20,000 nucleotides of DNA from an uncultured virus (IMG/VR IMGVR_UViG_3300030103_000980). Its lineage: Duplodnaviria > Heunggongvirae > Uroviricota > Caudoviricetes. Both the position numbers and the translations under genes were made by a program. Below are positions 7,571-16,521 of this stretch, in pieces (position 1 is the first letter of the stretch; every line of letters starts with the position of its first letter). The stretch lies in the IMG/VR virus record IMGVR_UViG_3300030103_000980, one strand, 5' to 3'. Below the pieces are notes generated by a model. That model saw nothing but the letters and a program-made list of their open reading frames with translations, was not told the origin of the DNA and did not search any database.

Positions 7571-8185
7571 TTACGAAATTGCCGCTTCAGAATCAGCCTG
7601 AAGCAGTGCGTGATTATTAAGCATCACAATCATAGGAATGCCAGCAGCAGCGAAGTCTTCATTCTCAACGTCGTCTTGAATGCCAACAATCTTCAAAGGA
7701 AGAGAAGCATTTGATGAGTCAAGAGTTGCGACATCCATTTTTGCACTGGAAATGCCTGTGGTTGTGTTACCACTTGCACCACTGTCTAACTGCGAATTTT
7801 CAAAAATTGCAGCAATTGCAGTAGCCCTATCGGTAAATGTAGCATCCGTCGCAATAATGTAACGCTGCATCGGGTTGTCGTACACGAATCCGATAATATC
7901 GAAGTTTGTGTCCGCACCTGACCCAGGCCATGTATTGGAAAATACTTTTTTACCTGTGGTTGAGGATACATACTCACAGCCAGCAAAAACGCCAAGAGGA
8001 GCTTCGGTGTCCGCAGTAGCAGAACTAATGACGATTTCGCCGCCATTGTCGCACTTAACTATTGAACCCTGAAAGATCGCGCTTGCGCCGCTGTCAATAA
8101 AGTATGCATTAGTACCAGAAGTAGCAGGAGTGCTACCAGCGGTATTAATCGGCTTTAGGCCGAAGGCAACATTAACATTTGCCAT
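7571..8185 (-). CDS. Probable capsid decoration/minor capsid protein
   Basis: 204 aa; MAN...FGLKP, IFQG..V, GVFAGCEY, VYDNP motifs; immediately upstream of the capsid gene; AAGGAG RBS. Confidence 0.6.
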   Translation of the reverse strand: MANVNVAFGLKPINTAGSTPATSGTNAYFIDSGASAIFQGSIVKCDNGGEIVISSATADTEAPLGVFAGCEYVSSTTGKKVFSNTWPGSGADTNFDIIGFVYDNPMQRYIIATDATFTDRATAIAAIFENSQLDSGASGNTTTGISSAKMDVATLDSSNASLPLKIVGIQDDVENEDFAAAGIPMIVMLNNHALLQADSEAAIS

Positions 8186-8212
8186 TGCTTACTCCTTGTC
8201 AAGTTAAGAAGG

Positions 8213-8680
8213 CTAGGTTTTATCCTTGCCCCCAAATGATACACGACTTTGCCTATCGTTATGAATAGGCATTGAGGGATGTTGTTCCCTCATAAGGTTT
8301 TGATCCACGGCATCCATTTGTGTGCGGGTCTGCTCCCGGAAGTATTCAGTTCGTTCTTCTACCGTTTCTTCTGGGATCCGGGCTAACATTAAGCCACCGA
8401 CCCCAATAACACCTGCGTGTGTTCCATCCTCAATAGTCGGGTAACGACCCGCTAACTCAGGATATTCATCCGCACGAACAGGTTCCCATCCTTCACGAAG
8501 CCTGGAAGACACATTCATCGAGTCATCTTCCCCCCGAATGGAGGTACGAATCCAACGATGCGCGTATCCTGTTGGTGGCTCTGGAGCCTCCAGCTTAGAA
8601 GGTGGTGTCCACGGCCTACGCCTTGTGGACTTTGCACGAGTTTGTGAGTCCCGTGAAACTCTTTTTGTTGAATCAGCCAT
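8213..8680 (-). CDS. Conserved head-module protein of unknown function
   Basis: 155 aa; WTPPSKL, HRWIR, REGWEPVRADEYP, GGLMLARIPEE; between scaffold and capsid genes; AAGGAG RBS. Confidence 0.7.
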   Translation of the reverse strand: MADSTKRVSRDSQTRAKSTRRRPWTPPSKLEAPEPPTGYAHRWIRTSIRGEDDSMNVSSRLREGWEPVRADEYPELAGRYPTIEDGTHAGVIGVGGLMLARIPEETVEERTEYFREQTRTQMDAVDQNLMREQHPSMPIHNDRQSRVSFGGKDKT

Positions 8681-8685
8681 CTGTT

Positions 8686-9585
8686 TTACTCCTTTACATA
8701 CTTAGCGTATTCTTCGAGCGGAACATTCAACCGCTTTGCTATCGCTATCTGCGATGGAGTCAGCTTGACTGTTCTGCGCCCCTTTGTTGACTTTGACCGT
8801 GAGGCCGTGGACTCAGCAGAAGCGACTCTGGGTCCTGTATCGCTTTTGGCAGGAGCCGCAAACTTGTGCGGAAACTCTTTCCTCATGCGATTGTCAAGTT
8901 CATTATAGTACTCATTGGACTGTGGGTCAAATCCCTCATCCTCAATTAATTGCCTATGAAGACCAAAAGCAGCGTAAGTCATGGTTTGATCGCTACCAAA
9001 CCATTCATTTTTTTGTGCCCACTGCTCCGCTTTCGGGTCTGGCGGGACAGGCTGTTGTTGCTGCGGTTGTTGTACAGGTTCTTGTACAGCTTGCTCGGCG
9101 CGGCTTTCCTGTCTGCGCTTCGCCTGTTCAAGCTGCGCTTGGTCTAAAGCTAACTTACTTAGATTTTTTTGTGCGTCAAACATAGCTTCAGCATCGCCAT
9201 CATCATAAGCTTTTTGATAAGCCTGTTTGGCGGCTTCAATTTGAGAATCAACTCGTGTGCCAAACTCTGATGTGTAGGACTGATCTAGTGCGTCAAGACG
9301 CTGTTTAAGCTCATCGTTCTGCTTCTTCACGGCTTCAGCAAACTCAACCGCTGCTAGCCGCTGTGCTTCTTCATCACGATACTTCTTCGTTAACTTACTA
9401 ATTCGCTGTTGAACATTCTTAGAATACTCCTGAAGCTCATCTTCATTAGCCGCTTGAGGCTGTTCTTCAGCTTCAGAGGTTTCTTCACTAACAGTAACTT
9501 CTGACTGTTCCTGTTCCTGTTCTTCAGCCTCTTCTAAAACAATTTCTTTTTCTTCAGCTTCCTGCTGTAATGCGTCGGTGGACAT
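8686..9585 (-). CDS. Capsid scaffolding protein
   Basis: 299 aa; acidic N-terminus, long coiled coil, basic C-terminal KLTPSQIAIAKRLNVPLEEYAK; position upstream of the capsid gene. Confidence 0.72.
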   Translation of the reverse strand: MSTDALQQEAEEKEIVLEEAEEQEQEQSEVTVSEETSEAEEQPQAANEDELQEYSKNVQQRISKLTKKYRDEEAQRLAAVEFAEAVKKQNDELKQRLDALDQSYTSEFGTRVDSQIEAAKQAYQKAYDDGDAEAMFDAQKNLSKLALDQAQLEQAKRRQESRAEQAVQEPVQQPQQQQPVPPDPKAEQWAQKNEWFGSDQTMTYAAFGLHRQLIEDEGFDPQSNEYYNELDNRMRKEFPHKFAAPAKSDTGPRVASAESTASRSKSTKGRRTVKLTPSQIAIAKRLNVPLEEYAKYVKE

Positions 9586-10010
9586 TATGCCGCTCCATAC
9601 GTTTTAATATCGTCGGGGTCAACGATGGTTGCAATGACTTCGTCATCATTAATAATTCTCACTTCGCCGCCTTCGATTTGAAATCTAGAGCCAGCGTAGC
9701 GTCCGATACACACCCAATCACCCTCTTTGCACCACGCTTCACCACCAAACTTATCTGAGTCTTGATACGCCAATGGACCTACCTTAACCACATAAGCTAC
9801 GACAGTTGCACGAGATTCGCGCTCTCTTGCTTGATCAGGAACGTAAACCCCACTTTCAGTTTTCTCACGCCCCATATAAGGCATGACAAGCAATCGCCAT
9901 CCTGTAGGCTGTGGAATTCTTTCTGTAAGGGACTTTTGTTTTGCGGCCTTCTCGGCCTTTGTTTTCGCTTCGCGTTGCGCGAGAACATATTCAGGTACTA
10001 TCAACGTCAT
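9585..10010 (-). CDS. groES: Co-chaperonin GroES (Cpn10 family)
   Basis: PTGWRLLV, mobile loop EKTESGVYVP, VVKVGP, KEGDWV, YAGSRFQIEG, IINDDEVIA. Confidence 0.85.
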   Translation of the reverse strand: MTLIVPEYVLAQREAKTKAEKAAKQKSLTERIPQPTGWRLLVMPYMGREKTESGVYVPDQARERESRATVVAYVVKVGPLAYQDSDKFGGEAWCKEGDWVCIGRYAGSRFQIEGGEVRIINDDEVIATIVDPDDIKTYGAA

Positions 10011-10200
10011 TGATATATTTTGCCTTTGTCAGCAGGGTCTTCATTTCATCAAGAGCAAAGGTGACACCCTGTATTTCACCGACTCTTGCGCGGTAGTCTT
10101 CAATATCTGTGATACTACCACTGGTTACAGAAACACTAATGTCTTCTATACGATTGTTCAAGACTTTTTGATACTTTGTTATAAAATCTACGATATCCAC
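9991..10200 (-). CDS. Small conserved phage protein upstream of groES
   Basis: 69 aa helical; DIEDYRARVGEIQG; GTG start. Confidence 0.65.
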   Translation of the reverse strand: MDIVDFITKYQKVLNNRIEDISVSVTSGSITDIEDYRARVGEIQGVTFALDEMKTLLTKAKYINDVDST

Positions 10201-10202
10201 AT

Positions 10203-10352
10203 CTATTCCCGTTCATTTAACTTTCTTTTACCGTCTTGCCACCACTTAATTCTTTCTTTGATGGCCTCCTCCTCACAGTAACCACACAAATGTATTAGCC
10301 TGTCGTAACTATCATACGAGCAGTTTTCACATTTATTATTCGTGTTCTCCAC
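10203..10352 (-). CDS. Small putative Zn-binding protein (CxxC...CxxC)
   Basis: CENC...CGYC; start uncertain (GTG at 10352 after GAGGA, or TTG at 10406). Confidence 0.45.
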   Translation of the reverse strand: MENTNNKCENCSYDSYDRLIHLCGYCEEEAIKERIKWWQDGKRKLNERE

Positions 10353-10620
10353 CAGTTCCTCTGCCCAAGCCACCAAAATATTGAGGTCTGCGTTTTGCTG
10401 TTTCAAATGTACCTAATGTTATAAAGATTCCTGCTATTAAGAGAGCATGAATACTAGCCGAAACACCAAACGCAACTATACTTCCTAAATACATAGAAAA
10501 AATTATGCACCACATCCACGCAAGAACTTGCATGATCATATGCCGCGTATTTGTGTCAGGAATGTAACGTAACGGATTCTTTTCAGAATCCATCACCAGT
10601 GCCCAAGTTTGTTTTATCAT
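10336..10620 (-). CDS. Small two-TM membrane protein
   Basis: 94 aa; VMDSEKNPL..IPD..RHMIMQVLAWMWCIIFSMYLGS plus a second hydrophobic stretch. Confidence 0.7.
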   Translation of the reverse strand: MIKQTWALVMDSEKNPLRYIPDTNTRHMIMQVLAWMWCIIFSMYLGSIVAFGVSASIHALLIAGIFITLGTFETAKRRPQYFGGLGRGTGGEHE

Positions 10621-11091
10621 CTATGCCGCTTCCGTTATAGGACCGCCAGACACCCATGCATTACAAACGCGCATTGATGCACACTTAAACTTTATAAACT
10701 GACAGTAACCAATGTCTCCGGCATCCACGGACGCATAAGGATCTGCTCCGTCTTCAAAACCAATGCCTTTAGCAATGCAGTCTTTTATTCGTGAAGTGAC
10801 ATTGAACGCAGCACAGTTGCCGCATCTGCTATCTTTTGCCGCTTCAATATCAGTGTTGAAGGTGTCCGCTATCTTTTGCCAGAATGAATCGTTTTTGCCG
10901 CTGTCATCTAAGTTTGGGTTTAACGGTCCGTAACCATACTCATCAATAGCCTTTTGTCTGTTTTCAAGATTTAAGTCTAAGTCCTGTGTAGCCGCAGGAC
11001 AAGAGCCTTCCATCTTGTCCACAGGTATACCGTCTTGTATTTCTTTTCCAAGATCCAACCCGTCAGGTATTATTTTTATTTCTATTCTCAT
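10621..11091 (-). CDS. Cys-rich protein, HiPIP-like motif
   Basis: 156 aa, 7 Cys; CGNCAAF...GYC...KCASMRVCNAW. Confidence 0.55.
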   Translation of the reverse strand: MRIEIKIIPDGLDLGKEIQDGIPVDKMEGSCPAATQDLDLNLENRQKAIDEYGYGPLNPNLDDSGKNDSFWQKIADTFNTDIEAAKDSRCGNCAAFNVTSRIKDCIAKGIGFEDGADPYASVDAGDIGYCQFIKFKCASMRVCNAWVSGGPITEAA

Positions 11092-12401
11092 TGCGCGCCT
11101 ACTCCCTTCAAAAAGGCGGGTCCCTGTTGAAAATTACCGCTTCCTGTGACTCTTCGGCTAGTTGTACCTTGATCGGCTAGTGCATCTTGTATAGAACCCA
11201 ACAAACTGTCAATATCAACGCCGCTAGACAGTCCAAGCTCTTTTGATAAATCATAGGAAAGACCAAATGCAGTGCCGGGAACGCTTAACTGTACTTTTCC
11301 TGTTCTTGAGTCAAATGTTCCAGTACGACCCTTATCAAGCTGCTCTTGAATGTCCTGCACCTTATAACCTCCGCCTGCTTGTTCCATTCCCGCTAGTACA
11401 CCAGGGTCACTCAAATCATATACTTTTGCTGTAGCTGTTGGGTTACCTAATCCTGATGGAGCAGACGGTGCGGCAGAAGCTCTGTCTATACCACTCAGCA
11501 TCGCTGCCATCATGCGATCTTGTGTGCTAGGCTTAATTGCACTCAGGTTCATTGTTTGAACTTCTTGAGCCGGGGTGGGAACTTGCTGCGACATGTTCTG
11601 ACTCATAGCGTCACGCTGACGTGGGTTTAAGCTAGGAACCGACCCCGCTGGACGAGACACAGAATCAACCATCGAATCAGCTTGCGCGTCAGGAAACAAA
11701 CTTCTTATCCCGGATCTTGCTTGGTCTAACAGTTCAGAGGCAGTGGTTTTTAACTGCCCCGCCGCTCTACCCACGGTGCCGGGTTCTGGCTGAATAGCTC
11801 CACCAAAACCACCCAATAGACTTTCTAGTAAACCGCCCTGATCTTGCTCGTATCCTTCAGGAAGCATTCCTTCAGGGGCGTATACTGTACGTCCCGCTCT
11901 TTCTAACATACCTGCACCAGGAACTATTGATCCAAGAGCAAGACCTGCAATGCCTTCACCAAGTGTCTGTTCTCTGGTTCCACCAACACGAGGACCAGCC
12001 GTTGTCATCTCACCTTCTGCGCCACCAAACAGTTTACCAAACCCACCTCTTACCGCCATCTGTGGGTTGTTAAAGCGTTGTTCTGCCATACCCCCTAATT
12101 GATTCAGAGTATTTTGAGGTATTATGTTTTGATAACTTACATTATCTGCACCAAATATTTTTGAAAAGAAACTGTTCGGATAGGGGTTTCTTACATTACC
12201 TTGTTGGTCACGCACAACACCAGAGGTGCGGTTTTGACCACCACCGTCATCGCTGCTACCAGAACTAGAAATGCTTTCTCCAGCTACCGTAGAACGACCC
12301 GAAGTAATATCGGAAATACTTGCTCCGGCACCACCAAAAGCATCTAACCCGCTAGAGGTGTTGCCTTCTGAAAAACTTCCTGGACCGTCTTGTCTAGCCA
12401 T
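11088..12401 (-). CDS. Low-complexity Gly/Ser-rich protein, probable internal virion/ejection protein
   Basis: 437 aa, no Cys or Trp seen; glycine-zipper-like LGEGIAGLALGSIVPGAG; coupled on both sides. Confidence 0.55.
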   Translation of the reverse strand: MARQDGPGSFSEGNTSSGLDAFGGAGASISDITSGRSTVAGESISSSGSSDDGGGQNRTSGVVRDQQGNVRNPYPNSFFSKIFGADNVSYQNIIPQNTLNQLGGMAEQRFNNPQMAVRGGFGKLFGGAEGEMTTAGPRVGGTREQTLGEGIAGLALGSIVPGAGMLERAGRTVYAPEGMLPEGYEQDQGGLLESLLGGFGGAIQPEPGTVGRAAGQLKTTASELLDQARSGIRSLFPDAQADSMVDSVSRPAGSVPSLNPRQRDAMSQNMSQQVPTPAQEVQTMNLSAIKPSTQDRMMAAMLSGIDRASAAPSAPSGLGNPTATAKVYDLSDPGVLAGMEQAGGGYKVQDIQEQLDKGRTGTFDSRTGKVQLSVPGTAFGLSYDLSKELGLSSGVDIDSLLGSIQDALADQGTTSRRVTGSGNFQQGPAFLKGVGAQ

Positions 12402-12901
12402 TATCTTAACTTCGCCGCCCTAGGGTTACCCATGTAGGCTTTGCCCATACCACGAACCATTTCATCTTCGTGGGTGTTATATGTGCCCATCGCGGCTTTA
12501 ACAACTTTCTCATCGTCGCCACGACGCTTTAGTTTAGCTTCCCGTCTCGGAGCGTTGCGCATGTATTTTTCTAACATTTCTTCGTTCTTTAAAGCCTTCT
12601 CAAAGGCTTCGCGGTCAAAAGGCACCATTTCATTTAAGTCGCCGAGTTTAGGACGAGGCGTTGGACCAGTCACTGATTTTCCGTCTTTAGCTTTTAAAAC
12701 CATATTTGTGTCCTCATCTGCAATGCGGTCAGCTTCATTTTGTTCACGCTTCATTTTGTTGAGCCGCTCTTCCATTCGAGCACGAGACTTGTCTAGCACA
12801 CTACTTCCAGAATCTTGTGTGTTTCTACCCATTTCAATCAGTCTCTTCGCTTCGTTATATGAAATGCCAAGGTCATCAGCAAATTGTTTAATACGCGCCA
12901 T
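12401..12901 (-). CDS. Hypothetical charged helical protein, probably virion-internal
   Basis: 166 aa; N-terminal FADDLGISYNEAKRL; AKDGK and RGMGKA motifs; AGGA RBS. Confidence 0.65.
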   Translation of the reverse strand: MARIKQFADDLGISYNEAKRLIEMGRNTQDSGSSVLDKSRARMEERLNKMKREQNEADRIADEDTNMVLKAKDGKSVTGPTPRPKLGDLNEMVPFDREAFEKALKNEEMLEKYMRNAPRREAKLKRRGDDEKVVKAAMGTYNTHEDEMVRGMGKAYMGNPRAAKLR

Positions 12902-12925
12902 GTTTCTATCCTACACTATTTTTAG

Positions 12926-13144
12926 TTAGTCAACCAGTCTTACAATATACTCTTTGCCGTCGATCCCGACACCCACTTCAACCTCGCGCTTCTCACAAGA
13001 GTAACGAGTTTCTTTTCTATCCTTCCACCCATTGCGTTCTATTTGACGCTTCATTTTTAAACAGGCAGGCATACTCATAGGCCCGGTGTGCTCTATAATA
13101 CCACCGCTTAGATACAGTAACAATGTCATTGTTTTAGTGATCAC
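12926..13144 (-). CDS. Small hypothetical protein with hydrophobic N-terminus and Cys pair
   Basis: 72 aa; TLLLYLSGG, ACLKMKR...YSC; overlaps the upstream membrane gene. Confidence 0.6.
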   Translation of the reverse strand: MITKTMTLLLYLSGGIIEHTGPMSMPACLKMKRQIERNGWKDRKETRYSCEKREVEVGVGIDGKEYIVRLVD

Positions 13145-13529
13145 CGTTTCGCAACTTCTCTAAATTTTCTTCTAGGTTAGTTATACGCTTCTCGTAAAAC
13201 TCTAAAGTTAGTTTTTGCTGTTGGTCGTATGGTGCTTTGCCACCCTCAATTTCGTTTTGCAGCTTTTCTAGCTCAGTAGCAATGTGCTCTATCAGCATGA
13301 ATTGCTCACTGTCTGCTGGCAAGCTACCCATTTCACCACGGGGCCACTTAATACGAAATTCTGTGTTCTGACCCAAGTCTGCCTGCATCATGGTCTGGTT
13401 TGTTTCTAGTGTGTTCAGCCTTTCAATCAAACCAAAGTAAGCCCACGTTGCTAAAGAAGCGGCAGCAACCATAGATATGATGTTGCGAAGCGGCAGAGCC
13501 ACCTCTGTGTTATCGCTTAACTTTGGCAT
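13134..13529 (-). CDS. Membrane-anchored coiled-coil protein
   Basis: 131 aa; TM IISMVAAASLATWAYFGLI followed by heptad-rich helices. Confidence 0.7.
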   Translation of the reverse strand: MPKLSDNTEVALPLRNIISMVAAASLATWAYFGLIERLNTLETNQTMMQADLGQNTEFRIKWPRGEMGSLPADSEQFMLIEHIATELEKLQNEIEGGKAPYDQQQKLTLEFYEKRITNLEENLEKLRNGDH

Positions 13530-13736
13530 TTAACTCTTCTCGTGGTTAAGCCAAACCGCAAATGCACCTGTCATGGCCCCCGTGACTACACTCACCAGTG
13601 CGGCCTGCTCCGCTGTCGGACTTGACAGCGTCATAAACCACTCCACTACCCGCCAAGCCGATATTGACATCATAATCATCATCAAGCGGGGAAGTATCTT
13701 CCACTTGAGAAATCTTTCCATCGTCAATTCTGCCAT
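13530..13736 (-). CDS. Small two-TM protein (holin-like)
   Basis: 68 aa; WKILPRLMM...VVEWFMTL..PT.EQAALVSVVTGAMTGAFAVWL. Confidence 0.6.
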   Translation of the reverse strand: MAELTMERFLKWKILPRLMMIMMSISAWRVVEWFMTLSSPTAEQAALVSVVTGAMTGAFAVWLNHEKS

Positions 13737-13757
13737 TTTCTTTTTCCTTGATCAGCA

Positions 13758-14138
13758 CTACTTTTTCCTAAATTTATCCATTCCTTTAATACCTAACGCG
13801 GCACTACACACTAGAAAAACTAGGTATTGATACCAGTCTGGCAACTCGTTCAAACGGTCAAAGCCATTCTTTACAACCTCTTCCATGCCGGGGATGAAAA
13901 CTAAAATTACGGGAATCAAAACAACCACCGTGACTATTTCATCTTTGATGGACGATTTTGTAGACTCAGCCATAATTAACTCCCACTTACTGTCGTGGGT
14001 AGCTGCGGTCTTCATTATCTCCGCTTTTGCTTCCGCCTCAGTTTGCGCAAGAGTTGCCTTCGCTTTTTGCTTGGAAACTTGCCCCTCAACAAACGATCCA
14101 GCCAGTGAAGCAATGGGTCCAATAAGAGCCTGAAACAT
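13758..14138 (-). CDS. Putative holin (3TM/GTA-holin-like)
   Basis: 126 aa; amphipathic N-terminus, SSIKDEIVTVVVLIPVILVFIPG, LPDWYQYLVFLVCSAALGIK, basic C-terminus. Confidence 0.55.
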   Translation of the reverse strand: MFQALIGPIASLAGSFVEGQVSKQKAKATLAQTEAEAKAEIMKTAATHDSKWELIMAESTKSSIKDEIVTVVVLIPVILVFIPGMEEVVKNGFDRLNELPDWYQYLVFLVCSAALGIKGMDKFRKK

Positions 14139-14139
14139 A

Positions 14140-16521
14140 TCATTGTCCTCTCTTCAAATCAGCCTGCGTGTCAATGCGATACACATTAACTAGGTTACGG
14201 TCTTCTGCAACTTGTTTCTGTAGGTTCTGACGCTGTTGCGCCAACTCATAAGACTGCATCAACTTAGCCTGATCAATCTGGAAGTCCATCGCGTCGTTCA
14301 TCGCCTTACGCTGAATCTCTTGTGTATCGTTCTGCAACTCCTGCTGACGAATGGCGACTAGCGGATCAGGTTGCTGTGGTGGTGTCAGAAGAGGTGCCAA
14401 CTGTTCTGTTGTATCAGCAATCTGTTGTGCAACCGCAGCCTCTAATGCATCAGGGTTAATTTGAGGCATAGGTTCGCCAGACTGCTCTGATGCCTTCATA
14501 AACATTTCCTGTACCAAGTCACGAGCATGCATAGCTACATGCTGTTGAACATGAGACTGTAACATCATAAAGGCTTGTGGATTAGCTGCGGTGGATGGTT
14601 GCTGCAACATAGCCGCATGCACTCGAATATGCGCAATGTGGTCCTGTTGCGAAAACGCTTGAACCATTCTACCACCCAACACACTTGCGTTTTCCATGCC
14701 GGGGTCCATCGGTGCTGGCGGCTGTGGCGGCGGCAAAATATTATCAATGTTCTTGATATCCAGTGCATCATACATACGCCGATAGGCTTCATACATATTG
14801 TGCATCTGCGGTGCAGCCTGCGCCAACTGAAGCTGTGTCTGTGCCAGCGACAGTCTCTGCGCCATAGAAAAGATCGACGGGTCGGATACTGGGAGAACAT
14901 CTACCCGCCCGTCGAAATCCTGCGCCATAATCTCAGGTGGAATATTTGGTCCTATCATGTAAGGATATGGCACGGGATTCAGAGAAAAGATTTCAGCAAG
15001 CAGTCGAAACTCACTCTTCTGAGCATAATGTAGCCGCTTGTGAATACTGCTGATTATTTTTGAGCCTTGCTCGATAAGAGCCACTGTTGTGCCGACTGGA
15101 GCATTTGAATTAACGTCAGCGACCTTTGAGTCTGCCACTTGTGCAAATCTTCTACCAGAGTCAACAACAACTCCCAAAAGTTGGGCAAGCGTCCCAGATG
15201 GTTCTTTGTAAGGCAAAGGAATAATGGCGTTACGAATATCCCCACCAGGAGCGTCAAGATCGCGGAACTCACCAGGATTAACAGGCTCATCGTCATTGCG
15301 AATGCGAACACCACGAGCCTTAAAACCGCCCGGTAAATTGGACAAAGTTCCAGCATCAATAAGCTGGCGTAATATTGAAGTTGCTGCACGAGACAGCCCT
15401 CCTATCATATGAAGTAGGCCAAAACCATAGAAGCCAAAACCAGGAAGAAACTTGTAATGAACAAAGTACTGACGTTTACGCCGAAGCATGTCCGCCTCGC
15501 GCCAGTTGCGAACAACTGACAAAATCTGCCCAGAGCCTTCGTCCATTGTGACGATGTAAGGCAACTTGATACCTGTCGCCTCACCCATCTCATCCATATC
15601 CTCAAATCCCTCAAGGTCCAAGTCCACATGGATTTCATGGATTGTATACATCTCATCAGAGTAACCCGGACGGAGACCCTGAATATCGTCAGACTTACCC
15701 CGTATTGTTGAATCAGCCTCTTCATCTTCAGTAGTTGAGAGTGATACGTCACGATAAATACCTCCTACTTGTAGCTTTCGGATGTCGTTCTCGCTCATGC
15801 GAACCACATGTGTGTACCGCTCGGCAGTCTGCAAGTCTGTCGCGCTGTACGGCACAATCAAGTCTTCCGCAGGTACAAACTTCGCCACAGCCCTCTGCCT
15901 CATTGGGTCGAAGTATACCTTCTTGAACGTCGAACCTGTAATCGGTAAATAAAACAGCATCTGGTCCGTATCCAGATCATACTCCTCCATTACCTCTGTA
16001 ACTTGATAATTCATAAAGTCCTTGACCCGCTGGGCCTGGTCTTCAACTTCCTTGGACTGCTGACCAATAATCTGGGTCTTAACAGGACCACCCGGCGGCA
16101 GCATTTCCTTGTACGCCTGTGCTTGAAACTGGGTTACAGCCTCAGACAATAACGGATGCGTTACACCAGAAGCACCCATAAACGGCTCGTTCCGCTCTTC
16201 ATAGTTGATGCCCAGCAATGTTAAACCCTTGGCTATAGCCTCTTCCCAATCCTCACGAGAAGATTTGTCTTCATCTACCTTACCACCAAGGTCCGAGGAC
16301 AAAGATCCAAGGATCGAGTCGTCTAGTACTTCAGCCAAGTTCGCATTGTGGTTGTAAACTTCTGCCTCAACCTCAACCATCTCTTCATCACCAGCAAGCA
16401 TGATGCCCTCTGGTAAATCATCGATTAACGGAAGTTGGACCTCGGTCATTTGTTCTTCTGCTGTCATGCCTGGACCGCCGGGACCCATAGCCATTTCTAC
16501 TGCTGTTGGTGGTAGTGCCAT
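14140..16521 (-). CDS. Portal protein (P22-like, with long C-terminal extension)
   Basis: 793 aa; HPLLSEAVTQFQAQAYKE, GSTFKKVYFD, FLPGFGFYGFGL, VGTTVALIEQG; downstream of terminase; Gln-rich C-terminal coiled coil. Confidence 0.88.
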   Translation of the reverse strand: MALPPTAVEMAMGPGGPGMTAEEQMTEVQLPLIDDLPEGIMLAGDEEMVEVEAEVYNHNANLAEVLDDSILGSLSSDLGGKVDEDKSSREDWEEAIAKGLTLLGINYEERNEPFMGASGVTHPLLSEAVTQFQAQAYKEMLPPGGPVKTQIIGQQSKEVEDQAQRVKDFMNYQVTEVMEEYDLDTDQMLFYLPITGSTFKKVYFDPMRQRAVAKFVPAEDLIVPYSATDLQTAERYTHVVRMSENDIRKLQVGGIYRDVSLSTTEDEEADSTIRGKSDDIQGLRPGYSDEMYTIHEIHVDLDLEGFEDMDEMGEATGIKLPYIVTMDEGSGQILSVVRNWREADMLRRKRQYFVHYKFLPGFGFYGFGLLHMIGGLSRAATSILRQLIDAGTLSNLPGGFKARGVRIRNDDEPVNPGEFRDLDAPGGDIRNAIIPLPYKEPSGTLAQLLGVVVDSGRRFAQVADSKVADVNSNAPVGTTVALIEQGSKIISSIHKRLHYAQKSEFRLLAEIFSLNPVPYPYMIGPNIPPEIMAQDFDGRVDVLPVSDPSIFSMAQRLSLAQTQLQLAQAAPQMHNMYEAYRRMYDALDIKNIDNILPPPQPPAPMDPGMENASVLGGRMVQAFSQQDHIAHIRVHAAMLQQPSTAANPQAFMMLQSHVQQHVAMHARDLVQEMFMKASEQSGEPMPQINPDALEAAVAQQIADTTEQLAPLLTPPQQPDPLVAIRQQELQNDTQEIQRKAMNDAMDFQIDQAKLMQSYELAQQRQNLQKQVAEDRNLVNVYRIDTQADLKRGQ

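Noticed and set aside
12926..13529. Canonical Rz/Rz1 spanin pair
   Set aside because: The downstream protein has no lipobox Cys after its hydrophobic stretch, so an o-spanin call is unsupported.
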